From the human T2T-CHM13v2.0 reference genome, Homo sapiens: DNA of 64,000 bases. Positions 20,145 to 43,741 of the stretch are shown here, one piece after another. The notes beneath the pieces were generated by a model. That model did no database searches, was not told where the DNA came from, and was given only the letters and a program-made list of their open reading frames with translations. Made by a program: the position numbers and the translations under genes. The stretch is from assembly GCF_009914755.1 (NCBI RefSeq), contig NC_060943.1. The stretch is one strand, 5' to 3'. Numbering within the stretch: position 1 is the stretch's first letter; each line of letters opens with the position of its first letter.

Positions 20145-20334
20145 CTATCTCATTTCATCATCACCATCATCACGTTGTACAGATGGGGAAACTGAGGCCC
20201 CCAAAGGGACAGAGGGTTTTTCAAAGCCACCGATCAAGTCTGAAATCGACTCCCCTGTCCTGAGGTTTGTCTCCGCCCTGCAGCCTCCATCCCCCAGTTC
20301 CAAATCAGGGCACCCCGGACATTCCAGGACTGGC

Positions 20335-20610
20335 TTCACCCTGACATCGAGCTCTGGCCGAGCTCCCTCGTTTGGTGAAAATCTAATCACGCCAGCCTGA
20401 ATGCTGACATCGAAATGACTGCCGAGCCCTTGACTCGGGGTAATTAGGAGCATTTTGGGATGCCTTGCTTGATTAAAAGCAGATCACCCGTTCAGAATGA
20501 AAATTCAGGAGGCAGATTGCTTTTGTTGTTGCCACGATGCTATTTTAAACCCACGCAGCTCTCCAGCTAATAAAGACCCGTCAATCGGCTGTCGGGGTGT
20601 TCAGGACGAA
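20335..20610. promoter_or_regulatory. Candidate enhancer/CNE
   Basis: Unique; TAATC 20384, TAATTA 20441, TGATTA 20470, CTGACATCGA twice, CpGs retained. Confidence 0.55.
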
Positions 20611-20913
20611 CTGTCTGCAGGGTTCCCCCACTGCTGTTTACCACAGCACCACAGCCCAGAGGGACCCCTGTCAGGACATCAGAGCCAGCAGGGTGCAGGT
20701 TGACCTCAGTGTCACTCCCAAACCTCTCAGGGTTACTCCCCGTGTCTGCCTGGTCCCTGAACCAGAAAGTCAGATGTCGACCTGGTCTCTTCTCGCCCTC
20801 ATCCCCTCCCCAGATCCTATCCCACCTGTCCCCAGGACCCCCTCCTGCCCGGATTCCAGTTCCTGGCTCCTCCCTGGCCTCTAGCCTCCCATCCGTCCTC
20901 CCCAGAAAGCTCC

Positions 20914-21226
<313 letters not shown>

Positions 21227-21348
21227 TAAGGTTTGCTCAGCCTCCCTGTGCTTTGACTTCACCCAATGAACCACTTCTTATTCTTCCAGACTCAGTCACC
21301 TCCTCTGACCTCCAGGCTGGCCCAGAGACCCCCTCTTTTCTCTAATCA

Positions 21349-21855
<507 letters not shown>

Positions 21856-22332
21856 CTAGGAACACCCTGGATCTCAAGGTATCGGGACCTCAAATGGCCC
21901 ATCTCTCTGCCCTGAAGCACCCCCTTCTGCCAGTCTAGGTCCTGACCTGCACCCCAGCCAGGGGGAGGGACAGAGGCCTCCCTCAGAGACTCAGCCTTCA
22001 GCTCATGATTTCCCCAGCAGAGGAAGGGACAGGACAGCCCCTTAGCCTGACCCCTTCCCCACCCCAACCCCCAAAGACACCAATATGTCCACATCACATA
22101 GATGCAGGCATTCTGTCCGACCCCAGGAACAGATAATCCAATGCCGGGGAGAGGATGGGGGTGGGCTCCAGGGCTGGGCTCCCTGTTTTTCAGGGGCCAG
22201 TGGCTGGGCATGGAGTTGGACGACAGAGAAGGCCCTGGAGGCCAAGGGAAAGGATTCCAGCAGAAGATGCGGGGGAGGGCTGCAGTGGGAAGTCTGTCCT
22301 GTAGTCTAACCTTGGGCCGGGGAGTGATGTAA

Positions 22333-22536
22333 CACAGCGGTTCTCCTTGTGGGTGATTCTGCCCCCCAAGGGACACTTGACCATGTCTGGGGGTATTTGT
22401 GCTTGTCACCTCTCCGTAGCGGGGGTGTGCTGCTGGTATCCAATGGGTGGAGGCCAGCGATGCTGTGGCACAACCTAAAACGCACAGGACACTCCCCACC
22501 TCAGAGAGTAACACAGCCCCAGATATCAGCCATGCC

Positions 22537-22537
<1 letters not shown>
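22333..22537. mobile_element. MER20 (hAT-Charlie)
   Basis: cagcggttctc...gggtgattctgccccccaagggacacttg..catgtctgg...tgggtggaggccag.gatgctg...gcacaggaca. Confidence 0.85.
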
Positions 22538-22873
<336 letters not shown>

Positions 22874-23089
22874 TTAGGGACACCCACTCTGGCCCAGGCT
22901 TTTCTGGGGGCTGCTTGACCACCCTAACTTCCCGTGAGGTGTGCATGAACATCATTCCATTTCCAGATGTGGAAAACCGAGGCCCACAGCAGCAAAGCCA
23001 CAGCCCCAAGGTCGCACGGTGTGTTTGAAGGTCAGCCACACGGGGGCAAGGAATTTTGTTTCTGGCTAATTCACTGCTGGGTCCTTGGG

Positions 23090-23170
23090 GTCCTAGAATC
23101 AGGCCTGGCACATAGCAGGTGCTCAGGAAACACTGAATGAATGAATGAATGAATGAATGAATGAATGAAT
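23090..23170 (+). mobile_element. L2 3' terminus with (TGAA)n tail
   Basis: gcctggcacatagcaggtgctca...(tgaa)x~9. Confidence 0.88.
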
Positions 23171-23299
23171 AGCAGAGCTGGGATTCAGACCCAAGCTGGT
23201 GGATGCCAGAGCCCCCCACTCGCAGCCCTGGGCTCGGAGGGGGGGACTTCTGCTGCCCTTTATGTCCCTGCAACCCCCTGGACTGCTGAGCCCCACGGG

Positions 23300-23870
23300 C
23301 CAGGCGCTGTCAGGATCCTGGAGGCCGCAGCTGATGTTTAAAGTCCCTATTGTGGTTCCTGAAAAAGGAGCAGGTGTTGGCAGCTTGGCTTCGCCAAGGA
23401 GGCCCTGCGGCCGGCGCCTTTGTCCCTTGAGCTGGTAAAATCCTCTGCTCGGCCGCTCCATTCAACCCACTCAATTCCACGTTCCACTTTCACCCCCGTC
23501 CACATTCTTCGCCTGCAAATCCCCCATTCTGAGCGGCTGGGCCCAAAAGGCGGGCGTCTTTGTTCGTCTTTTCTTGTCCTCCTCTGCCCGTTAATCTAAT
23601 CGCTTCCTCTCTGAGATGCGGGAGGAAGGAGAAGGGAGGGAGGAAAATAAACAAATACTGAGGGTAAAAGAAAAGATTCGCCGAGGTTTCCATTGAAGGG
23701 GATTTCGCCTGCCACTTTGAGATATTGACAAAGGCTGGTGGGGGGCGAGGGGAGGCTTGCGGCGGGGAAGTCGGGCACTGGGCGGGTGGACCTGGCTCCC
23801 GGCGCTGCATTGAGATATTCAGAAAAACAAATTCATCTGGCCTGTCTTCCTGACAGTTTGACTGCCAGAC
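23300..23870. promoter_or_regulatory. CpG-rich unique island, candidate enhancer/CNE
   Basis: CTATTGT (SOX) 23347, TTAATCTAATC 23591, AAATAAACA (FOX) 23645, TTGAGATATT twice, dense CpG. Confidence 0.6.
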
Positions 23871-24307
23871 ACTGGTAAGTCCAGGCCAGGGGAGACAGCT
23901 GTCAACCATCCCGAGCTGAAGAGTTTGGGAAGGAAGGCAGAGACCAACGGGGCCCATTCCCCTCTCTCTCCCCGATTTGCTGTGTGACCTTGAGGGACAT
24001 GCCTGCTGTCTCTGTGCCTTGTCACTAAGAAGCGGCCCTTTATGTCCCCACTTTGGAGGGATGGAGGATTCAGGGGTGCTCAGAGAGTGAAAGGTGTTTG
24101 CACAAGTTTACCCAATGCTGCCGAAGCAAACTCCTGGTTTAGGGCCCCTTCCCAGGACGAGGGAGGAGGGGAGAGGGCTAGAGGCTGGTCAGAGGGTCCA
24201 GATGGAGCTCAAAAGCCGTCAACCCAATGTCATCCCACAGGGATTCCCAGGTGACTGAGGGACCCTCTTCTGTCTGAGTCCTCGGCCTTTTCTGTATACT
24301 AATAATC

Positions 24308-25432
<1,125 letters not shown>

Positions 25433-25519
25433 TGCATGAAAAGCCCAAGGTTTGGTGCATAAAGAGATGGCAGAAATCAAAGTCTCAGAGATTTCGTGCA
25501 AAACTTGCCCCCAAAGGAT

Positions 25520-25885
25520 CCTGCAATCCCACCCCTAGGCTTTTATTTTCTTTGATGATACACGTGCCTGTGTCCCTGGGTGGGGAATCTTGCTATTGTT
25601 AGGAAATGAAACGCCACCGCCTGAGCTTGATTGCGTTCTTCCCACCCCCGCTGCCCAGGATCCACTCACAATGGGGGACGGGGGACGTGGGGGGCACGGA
25701 AGCCCCAACACGGGAGGTGGAATTAATCACAGCACCATACATGGGAGGTGCCTCAATTGTTGCAATCTATGTAATGAGAGAAAAACAAAAATGACTGCTT
25801 CCCTGAGGAATTAGAGGGAGGCGTTTTCCATTAGGGTTTTGTTGATGAAAAAGGACACGATTAGAGAAAATCCTGTTGTTGGCAG
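25520..25885. promoter_or_regulatory. Candidate enhancer/CNE
   Basis: CTTTGAT (TCF/LEF) 25550, CACGTG 25561, CTATTGTT (SOX) 25593, AATTAATC 25721. Confidence 0.55.
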
Positions 25886-25940
25886 GGCCCTGGTCCCGGG
25901 TTCGAGCCAGAGAGGGGCACTCCAAGGAAACGGTGTCTGG

Positions 25941-26557
<617 letters not shown>

Positions 26558-27518
26558 CAAACCCTTGCTGTTGTGGAAGAAGATGGAGCCAGGATCAAAC
26601 AGGCTGAAAAATAGGGTGATAGAGCTGTCTGGGAGGTGCACAGGGCAAGAGGGATCATAGAAGGCTTCCTGGAGGAGGCGGCTCTGCAAAGACAGCGGAA
26701 GGAAGAGTTAGAAGAAGGAGCCAAGAGAAGAGATGTGGGGGAATGTTTTAAGCAGAGGTGGCAGCCTGGAGGTGAAACTGTGTGTGACTCCCTCAGGCAA
26801 TCGGGGGGTACAGGAGAGAGGCTGGGAGACCAGGGAGGAGATCTGGGGTGGGAGTGGGGGACTAGCATTGGGGCAGAACTGGGAGGGGACAGATGGGAGG
26901 GAGGGCCTGGAGGTAGAGCAGGCAGGATGTGGGGACAGACAGGCTGTGATGGAGAGGGGAGAAGCTGGACAGAAGCCAGTGTCCAGGTCTCCAGTTCAGG
27001 GATGGGGGCCCAGTGGGACCACCGCTGAGATGGGGACCTAAGAGAAAGAGCCAGCTGAGGGGAGAGGCCGAGGCCAGGGTGGCCACTGAGGGTGGAAGTC
27101 CTGAAGGATGTTCAGGGGGGAACCCCAGGGTGATGGCTGGGCTCGCAGGAGGGACACTGAGCTACAGTCAGAGCTCTAGCATCCATGCAGCACTGCCGTT
27201 CCCTCTGCCCAGAACACCCTTCCCCATGCTCCACCTGACTACACTGTCCTCTCCCTCCAGGTCTCAACCTGGAAGGCACCTCCACCTTGGAGCCCCCCTG
27301 GGCTGTACATCCCCCATGACAGCCCCACTGTCACTGCCCGGTCACCGCGAGCTCTGTAGTGGTGGGGCTGCCTCCATCTCGTCTCTGCTGTGTCCCTAGC
27401 ACACAGTCAGCACCCTAGGCCTGTCTGTTACCAGAGCAAACACATCTGTCATTTTCACCATCATGTACCCAGCACCCATCACGGCCCTTTGGTAACTCTC
27501 GCCAGTCATCTCATCTCA

Positions 27519-27999
<481 letters not shown>

Positions 28000-28009
28000 T
28001 TAAGCTTAG

Positions 28010-28320
28010 GAAATCAGGAGGGCTTCCTGGAGGAGATGATATTGGAGGTGAGAGAATCAAAAGTTGAGATGGAGCTGGCCAGGTGGATACCTGGAGCAAG
28101 AGCACTCCAGGCAGAAGGCACAGCCCGTGCAAAGGCCCTGGGGCAGGACTGCGCCTGGGGTGTTGGAGGAACAGCGAAGAGGCCTGTGTGGCTGGAGTGG
28201 AGTGAGCAATGGGAGAGAAGGAGGAGGGAGGTCAGGGCAGGGACAGGCGTGCAGGGCCTGTGGGCCTTGGAGAGAACTTGGGCTTTGACCCCCAAGGGAG
28301 ATGGTTGCCATGGAGGGTCT
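28010..28320 (-). mobile_element. L2 3'-region fragment (GC-rich variant)
   Basis: ggcacagcccgtgcaaaggccctggggcaggac...tgttggaggaacagcga...acttgggctttgaccc. Confidence 0.87.
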
Positions 28321-29102
28321 CCATAAACCTCTTCCTCCTGAGTCTCTGCGACTGTAGCTCCCACCACCTCATGTGGAGAGAACCTCAAAAGGAGACCTTT
28401 GATGCTCTCCGGGAAGATGAGATGATCCTCACCCCCGACGTAGCCCTGGCCATGGCTCCTCCTTCTTGAGCAAGTCCCAGCCTGGTCCCAGGTGGCTCAA
28501 CTCACTGCTGCCCAGAACCCCAGCATGGCTGCCTCATCCTCAGCAGAATCAAGTCCCCACATCCCCACACTTGTCAGGCTTCTGCCCCACACATGAAGAG
28601 CTCCAACCAAAACCATTTAGGTCTGCCCCTCCCACCCCTATCGTTGTCTCCACCATCTCCCACCTGCCAGGGTTGGGGTGGGGGCTCCGGGAGAGAAGCC
28701 ACGTGCCCTTGGTTTCCCCATCCAAGGCATGGCCACATCCGTCCCTGAAGGAGTTAAGGGTACAGGAACCGTAGTGGCCATCACTGTATCTGAAATTCCA
28801 GCATTAGGGCTCCATCCCTGCAGACCTTGTAGAAATCACTAGTGGAGTTGCTTATTCACTCAACAAACACCGACCCAGTGCCCACTTTCAGATAAGTCTA
28901 AACCAGGTGCAGCCCCAGCCCTGGGCTGACTGCAGCCGAGTCCCGGACCTGACCTGATCCTAACCATGGACTGAACCCAAATCCTGGCTGAGCTTGGACT
29001 GAATCTCAGACCCTGGGTTGAGCCAGGGTCAACCAGGGTCAGCCCCAACCGCAGACTGAGCTCCAGACTTGGACTAACCCTGCCTGAGCCCTGCTGACCC
29101 TG

Positions 29103-29644
29103 GCCTGAGCCCTAATATCGACAGAGCCCCAACCCCAGGCTGAGCCCCAATCCCAGCCCGAGCCCTAATATCGACAGAGCCCCAACCCCAGGCTGAGCCC
29201 CAATCCCAGCCCGAGCCCTAATATCGACAGAGCCCCAACCCCAGGCTGAGCCCCAATCCCAGCCCGAGCCCTAATATCGACAGAGCCCCAACCCCAGGCT
29301 GAGCCCCAATCCCAGCCCGAGCCCTAATATCGACAGAGCCCCAACCCCAGGCTGAGCCCCAATCCCAGCCCGAGCCCTAATATCGACAGAGCCCCAACCC
29401 CAGGCTGAGCCCCAATCCCAGCCCGAGCCCTAATATCGACAGAGCCCCAACCCCAGGCTGAGACCCAATCCCAGCCCGAGCCCTAATATCGACAGAGCCC
29501 CAACCCCAGGCTGAGACCCAATCCCAGCCCGAGCCCTAATATCGACAGAGCCCCAACCCCAGGCTGAGCCCCAATCCCAGCCTGAGCCCTAATATCGACA
29601 GAGCCCCAACCCCAGGCTGAGCCCCAATCCCAGCCTGAGCCCTG
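29103..29644. repeat. Minisatellite/VNTR: 10 copies of a 53-bp unit (cctaatatcgacagagccccaaccccaggctgagccccaatcccagcccgagc)
   Basis: Unit starts counted at 29111, 29164, ... 29588 (exact 53-bp period); near-identical copies. Confidence 0.99.
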
Positions 29645-30493
29645 ACTCTCGGCTGAGACTGTAGACACTGCCTGACTCTGAGTGTCAGATTCTTTTACCG
29701 CCCCTGGAGGAGGCTGAATCCCTCCCAGCTCGGCTACCTCTAAATCCTAAAGCCCACCCGGTAGCCTCAGCTGCACTGACCCACGCTGGCTCAGCCAGAT
29801 CCAGAAGGTGGGAGGGTCTTGCCCCCCTTGCTCCCCTCAGAGACCCCAGGACTGGAAGTTTCCCAGTGGCCCAGCAGTGAGAGTGAGCGGGTTAAGGCCC
29901 CGGCTACAGTGGGTGGGCCTCAAATGCTCTAGCCTGGGAGGCCCTGCCAGGCGCTCCATCTCCTGCCCAGCGGGGGCCGCATTAGCCGCTCAAAACCCAT
30001 TCGGGGAAATTAGAGCAGAGGCCTCTGCGACAATCACGGGTCATTCTCGTCTCCTGTTCCCAGGCTCTCCCGCAGCGATGACAGCCCAGCAATGGGGCTG
30101 GGGGGTGGGGACACAGGGAGATTGGGGGATCCCAGCCGGCCGGCTCAGGCTGAAGCCTTCTCCAAGTCAGCCAGGGAAAGAAAACTGTAATCACTGCGGG
30201 CTTTAAAGACATCACTTCTGTGCTCCAGTGCTTTCCATAGCTTCCAGCTGACAAAGATGTCCAAATGGTTCAATCCAACAAGCAACAGTGAGGTCATGGC
30301 AGCACCAGGGGAGAAGCCCATTCTGCCAGCTCTCCATCTTTCTGCCCACAGTGTGTGCATTTTACGAATGTCCTCCAGCCTCGGCAGGTCAGGAGGCAAA
30401 GTAGGTCAGGTTTACATTTAATTCAGAAATGAGGTGGACTTCAGGAATGGTTTGATCCAGCATTTTCAAGTGGTCTTCAAGAATCAAGGTTCA

Positions 30494-31265
<772 letters not shown>

Positions 31266-32114
31266 TCATTCTATCCTGAGAGATCTACTCCCAGCCTCTT
31301 CCCCAACATTCTGCAAGTTTTCCACCTCCAGGTTTTCACTCAAACAAGAGCCCTCACCTGACTGGCTGTTCCATGCCCACAGGTAGCACAGCAGTGCAGT
31401 TCCTGAAAAGGGGGTCAGGAAGCTGGCTACTACCCAAGCCAGGAATTCTCTGCCCTTTTCCAGGGGTAAGTTTCCCCACCTAGAAAATGAGAGGATTGGA
31501 ATCCAGGATTCTTAGAATGTCTTTCAGCTCTAAGTCTCGGTGAATCAGAAGCCCCCACAGTGGGTAGTTTTCGGGGATTAGTCCTCTGGTAGCCATTTTA
31601 GTCAACAGGCAATATCAGTGCGCATTTGCTATCAGCTGTGCTAGGGCCTCTGGACTGTGATAACCTCTAATCTTCACCTCCTGTGTGAAGTAGGTACTGC
31701 TCCATTTTACAGAATAAGAAACTGAGGCTCAGGCAGATCCAGCCTCCTGCTAAACATCACACAGCTGTTTGGTGGTAGAGCCAAAACGTAGCCCCCCATG
31801 CTACAGCACCTCTAGTCCTCCTGGCCAGGATTTCTGGGTCCAAATCTTCAATTCTGGCAATGAGAGGGAAGGTGGAAGGAGGCTTTTTTCTCCCATGAAT
31901 GCATCTCCAGGTTTGTCATGAAGGCAGTGGACTCAGTTTACTTCCTGGAACTCCCCCTTCCCCTGCAGGGTCTCCCACATTGCTGACAAATGCACCTCCT
32001 TCTTTCACAGATGTGGAAACTAGGGCTCATAAAGGAAAAGTGAGTCTCCTAAAGTCTTACTGCCAGGCAATGCAATGGTGTCTTCATCAGTCTGGATGGA
32101 CTGCTACAGTAACA

Positions 32115-33110
<996 letters not shown>

Positions 33111-33391
33111 ACAAGCTCCTAAATCTTAGTGGCTCTAAAACAACCAAGGTTTATTTGTCATCCACACTATATGCCCAATACAGGTTGGCAGGGGGCCTCT
33201 GTGTCTGCCTCACTCAGGCATTGAGACAGATGGAGGAAACATCAGTGGTCTCTAAGAGAGGGGAAAGAATATGAAGAATGGGATACTGGATTTTAAAGGC
33301 TTTTACTGAAGGGGATTAACATGACTTCTACTCACATTTTATTGGCCAAAGCAAGTCATGAAACCACACCTCACTTCAAAAGGCAGCTATT

Positions 33392-34093
<702 letters not shown>

Positions 34094-34789
34094 TATTTCC
34101 TCATAGTTCTATAGGCCAGAAATTCAAGACCTACATGTAAGCAGGGCCATGCTCCCTCCAAAGGCTCTAGGGAAGGATCCATTCCGTGTTTTTCTGCTGG
34201 CTTCTGCTAGTTCCTTGGCTTGAGGTGGCATAACTTTAATCTTCACATGGCGTCCTCCATGTGAATCTTAGAATTTCTGCCTTCAACTTCTCTTCCCTTC
34301 TGCCTATTACATAGCATTTCCCCAGCTCCAAGCTTCCCCATATCCCTCCAAAGTCCAGAAAATCAAATAAGTTATTCTTTATCTCAGGAACTTCCAAATT
34401 TCACCTTTTCCCTCCTCTTGTCTGTTATTTGCCATGTCTAATAGAGCAAGGTTGCAATGTCACCTTTCACCAGAAGAGGCTGCTCACACACACACACCGT
34501 CTATCTTCCAGCTAAACACCATCCCTGCCTTGGTTTGTAGTAGATGAAGCTTGAAATTGCTTATGATCACTAGGAAGTCAGGGACACCTCAGCATAGAAA
34601 CTCCCACAGTCATGGGCTTAACAAGGCTGGGCCCATAACAGTTGTTGGTTGTAAACCTGGGAGGCAGGTGGTATTGACCCCATTTTATAAATGGGAAGTC
34701 TGAGAAGCCCAGAGTTGCAGACCCACAGTCTTTTGGCTTCCATATGTGACCTGGCCCTATATTCTTTACTCATCTTTTATCACCTACCT

Positions 34790-35042
34790 GATATCTAATC
34801 CCTCAAATCCTGTCCTGTCTGCCTTCAAAACCTATCCAGAATCTGGCCACTCCTCTCTCTTCCTCTGCCTTCACCCTGGTCTGACATCTCATCGTCACTT
34901 GCCTGGAACCACACAGTCCCCTCTTCCCTGGTGCCCAGCTCCCGACTTCACCCCCCACAGTCTATCCTCCTCTCAGCAGCCACCAGGGGCACCTGTGAGC
35001 ACCTGAGTCAGATCCTGTCCCTCCTCTGCCCATAGCCCTCCA
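34790..35042 (+). mobile_element. L2 fragment (GC-rich variant at its 3' part)
   Basis: ctgccttcaaaa..tatccagaatctggccact...cacctgtgagcacctgagtcagatcctgtccctcctctgccc. Confidence 0.8.
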
Positions 35043-35540
35043 AGAAGCATTCCCAGAGGAGATAATACATGGTCTAAGAATTCAATTCCACCAAATTAGC
35101 TGGAAAAGAAAGGCAGAGATTTGCTCCTGCACACCAGCCTCTCCCCACCTTCAGGACTTTACCCACACAGCCTCCTCCTTTGTCCAGAGAACCCTTCCCT
35201 TCCTCCTCACCTGGCCTACTTTGCCCAGTAAATTGGGGCAGAGCTGGGTGGGTATTCTGCATGCCCTTTCCAGGCAAAGTTGTTACAGTTCCTCATGTCC
35301 TGCAGGGTGAGACATTGAGCTCCTTTCTCTTTGCTTGCTCATCCCAGAATCTCAGTTTTCTCATCTGACAAATGAAAATCAAAGAGACAATCTCTTGGGT
35401 CTGGCTCAAAGAGTATTCTGAATGCAAGTTAGTATAACCATCATTATTATTTATGACCAGAAGCTCCATAGTAACATTTGTCAAGACTCTTTTAAGCCAC
35501 CGGCCTCAGTTCCAATCCCACTTCCTCAGAGAAGCTCCCT

Positions 35541-36410
<870 letters not shown>

Positions 36411-36471
36411 GCAGACTTCACTATCCTCACAGCCCCACCCCAACCAATCCCCGTTTTATCCCCTTCATTAA

Positions 36472-36847
<376 letters not shown>

Positions 36848-37107
36848 TAGAAGTTAAACCACGTGAGGGCAGGTGTTTTGTCCATCTTATTGGTGGCTGG
36901 ATCCCCAATACCTAGAATGGTGCTTGATATACAGTAAGTGCTCAATATCTACTGGATGAATAGGCCCAGGACTCGCACCAGAGTCTCTGCACTGTCACAG
37001 AGGGCCTTGTCCCCCTGGACTTTGGAATAAACAGGACACAGGGTTCAGAAGCGAAGATGGGGGAAGAGATCAGGGTTCTCCAAACTGCCTTTCATGAATT
37101 GCCCTAA

Positions 37108-37325
37108 GGCAGAGTTTCCTATCTTTGCCACTGTGGGCATTTGAGGCTGAATCATTCTCTGGGCTGCGACCATCCTGGGCACTGCAGGGTGCTGAGCAGC
37201 ACCCCTGGCCTTCACCCACTCCATGCCAGGAGCACCCCCCAAGTCATGACAACTAAAAATGTCCGCAGACATTGCCAGATGCCCCCAGAGCATGCAAAAT
37301 CATCCCTGGTCAAGGCCACTGCCCT
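37108..37325. mobile_element. MER20 (hAT-Charlie)
   Basis: tcctgggcactgcagggtgctgagcagcacccctggcct.cacccactccatgccaggagcacc...gacaactaaaaatgtc.gcagacattgccagatg. Confidence 0.9.
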
Positions 37326-37340
37326 AAAGAAATGACTTCT

Positions 37341-37810
<470 letters not shown>

Positions 37811-37919
37811 AAATGGCTTGTTGCCCACCTTTCTGCCTCCCCGCCTGCCAAATACATCCACAGCACTTGTGGGAAGATCCGTCTGAGACCATGGATTCCA
37901 GGCTGGGCTGATGCTGGCA

Positions 37920-38400
37920 CGCAGGAGGCCTCGCGCAAGACGGCTGGTCCCAGCCAGACCCAGAAAAATTAGATTAACTCGGAGAAGCTCGCCAAGACGA
38001 TCCGTCAGGCCGCCTGAAGGACAGCGTATTGATTTCCACGTTGCGAAAAAATTAAATGATATCCCTTTTTGTTATTTAAAACGCTGCTTAAGCAATTCCC
38101 TAATGGAACGGCCCGGCCCGGGTCCAGGAACTCCCTGGCCCGGCCGGCAGCGTCTCCGGATCGGGTGGAGGACGAGGGAATGCGGACACGGCCCTGTCTT
38201 CCCCTCCGGGTAATTGATGACCTCAGGAGAACAGCTCCATTTTGCCTGCATGCAACGTGCACAGTTCTGATTTATTAAAGACATAACAATTATGAAAATA
38301 GCTGATTTATAATCAACTCGCCCGGACCCTAATTGATTTCCAGGGTGAAATTTAGAAGGGGAGGTATTGACACCTTGAGGACAGGGCGAGCCACCGGCCT
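37920..38400. promoter_or_regulatory. Strong candidate developmental enhancer/CNE
   Basis: Unique and CpG-dense; PBX-HOX-type TGATTTAT at 38268 and 38303; TAATTG at 38211 and 38330; AACAAT (SOX) at ~38285. Confidence 0.65.
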
Positions 38401-38618
38401 TGGGGATGGACTGTGATGGGTGGCTGGGGTGGAGGGGGGAGGACGGGACAGGGAGACAGCGGCCTGAATCTAGTTGGGTTCTTTGTTGCTTCATGAGATG
38501 GGCTTTCTGCCCAGCGTTGCTGGAGAGGGTCAAGCCGTAATGGTTGCCACCATTTCCCAGTGACAGAGGCGGTCCCTGGCTCCAGCAGAGGCACCTGTGC
38601 CACATTGCAGACAAATCA

Positions 38619-39050
<432 letters not shown>

Positions 39051-39201
39051 AAGTAATAATTTAAAAAAAAAAAACAAATCTTCCAGCACTCTGTTGGGAA
39101 ATCTCAACATTGTCCTCATAGCAGCCAGGACAACCTGATACTGTTGATACAAATGAGTCTGCCCCACAATGTCCAGAACCTTCTATCTCTCCAGAGCCTC
39201 A

Positions 39202-39733
<532 letters not shown>

Positions 39734-39821
39734 TTCTGTGACGGGCAGGACTCCAGCTCCCAACAGCCCGTAAGGGACGAGACTGACTCCCATTCACCTG
39801 ATGGGAAAATTGAGGCAAGAG

Positions 39822-40222
<401 letters not shown>

Positions 40223-40494
40223 TCACGCGGTGCTCAGGCTGAGGAAATGATTTGTGGATACCCACCAGCCCATGAGCACTCGATTCTTGGGTCTCCCCAG
40301 TGCCAACAAAGAGAGAGACAGAGGCAAAGACAGAGAGACAAAGAGAGAGACAAGAGAGAGGGATCTGGGCTGGTTCCGGAAGGGCGAGCCCCCTTTGCGG
40401 ATGGGGTGGCCCAGGAGGGTGGGAATTCAGTTTGCAAATCAGAAGGTTCCAGACTTTTCTGTAAGGCAGGGAGACAGCTAAAGAGGAGCCTGCA

Positions 40495-41050
<556 letters not shown>

Positions 41051-41189
41051 CCTGGAAAAGGGGGAGGGACCTGCGACGGTCCCCAGACCCTCTGAGCTCT
41101 CCGTTGCAGGACACGACAGGGCCACAAGGACGGTGGGACCCAGGGAGGCTTCCTGGAGGAGGCGTAGCTGCAGCTGGGATTGGAAGGAC

Positions 41190-42200
<1,011 letters not shown>

Positions 42201-42208
42201 ACAGCTGA

Positions 42209-42840
<632 letters not shown>

Positions 42841-43466
42841 TGCACTTTCATGCATTGGGCATTGATTACACCCTGAGCGTGGAGTCATACACTTGACCCT
42901 CTTTGCCTCCCCAGCTCCTCCTCACAGGCTCCACCAGGGAAGAAAATACCACTGTACCTAATGCACTGATCAAAACATTGAGACTCAGTGACTGAACAAC
43001 TTGCCAATGATCCCTCTTGCTCCATAAATTCCGAAGTTGGAATTTAAATGTATGCACATGTGATCGCAAAGCCCGTGGCTCTTTTTTTTGTATTTGTATT
43101 TGTATTTTTGTATTTGTAACTACTTGTGATTTGTATAATTACTATTATGGTTGTATGGCTACTATCCTTCACTGAGCACCTATTTGTTGATCAGTCTCCA
43201 GAATTCACGCCCTAGCTGACTCCTCTGGAAAAGCATTTTACAAAGGAGAGAGCTCAGAGAGGTTGAAGGGCGTGTCCAAGGTCACCCAGTGGGCGGCAGA
43301 GCTAGAATTTGAACCCAAGTTCCCCTGGCTGCCGTCCACTGCCTTCCCTGCCTCTGGGAAGAAACCAGGGCTTTGCGGATGATCTACAGAGGCCACTCAT
43401 CGAGACCCTGCTCGGGTTATTTGGCGGTTTCAGGGGCTCAGCACGCTTTTTTTTTCTTTTCGGCAG

Positions 43467-43741
43467 AGGCTGGTGGCGGTCCGGGAAGATGAGCCAAGTG
43501 CTGAGTCTGCAATGCGAAGTGTCTCTGCAAAAGCCACCAGCCACGTGGCCACAGAGGCCCAGGGCTGTGCAGATGATCAATGTCGCCCCATCCGTCGCTC
43601 TGCCATCCTCTCACCTCCGCCTCGGCGTCCTTTATCCCTCCCACTCCGGGTCGCTCTCCAGCTTCCTGGTGCAAAAAGACTGAGCGACACTGCAGAGCGT
43701 CCTGAAAATGATGGTGCAGAAATCGTTTAAGGACTGCCGAG
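43467..43741 (+). other. Candidate spliced exon (275 nt, probably non-coding)
   Basis: Acceptor gctcagcacgctttttttttcttttcggcag| and donor GAG|gtgagg around a CpG-rich unique segment. Confidence 0.4.

Noticed and set aside
29103-29644. CRISPR-like or interstitial telomere interpretation of the 53-bp array
   Set aside because: No variable spacers, a eukaryotic context, and only one TTAGGG per unit; it is a minisatellite.
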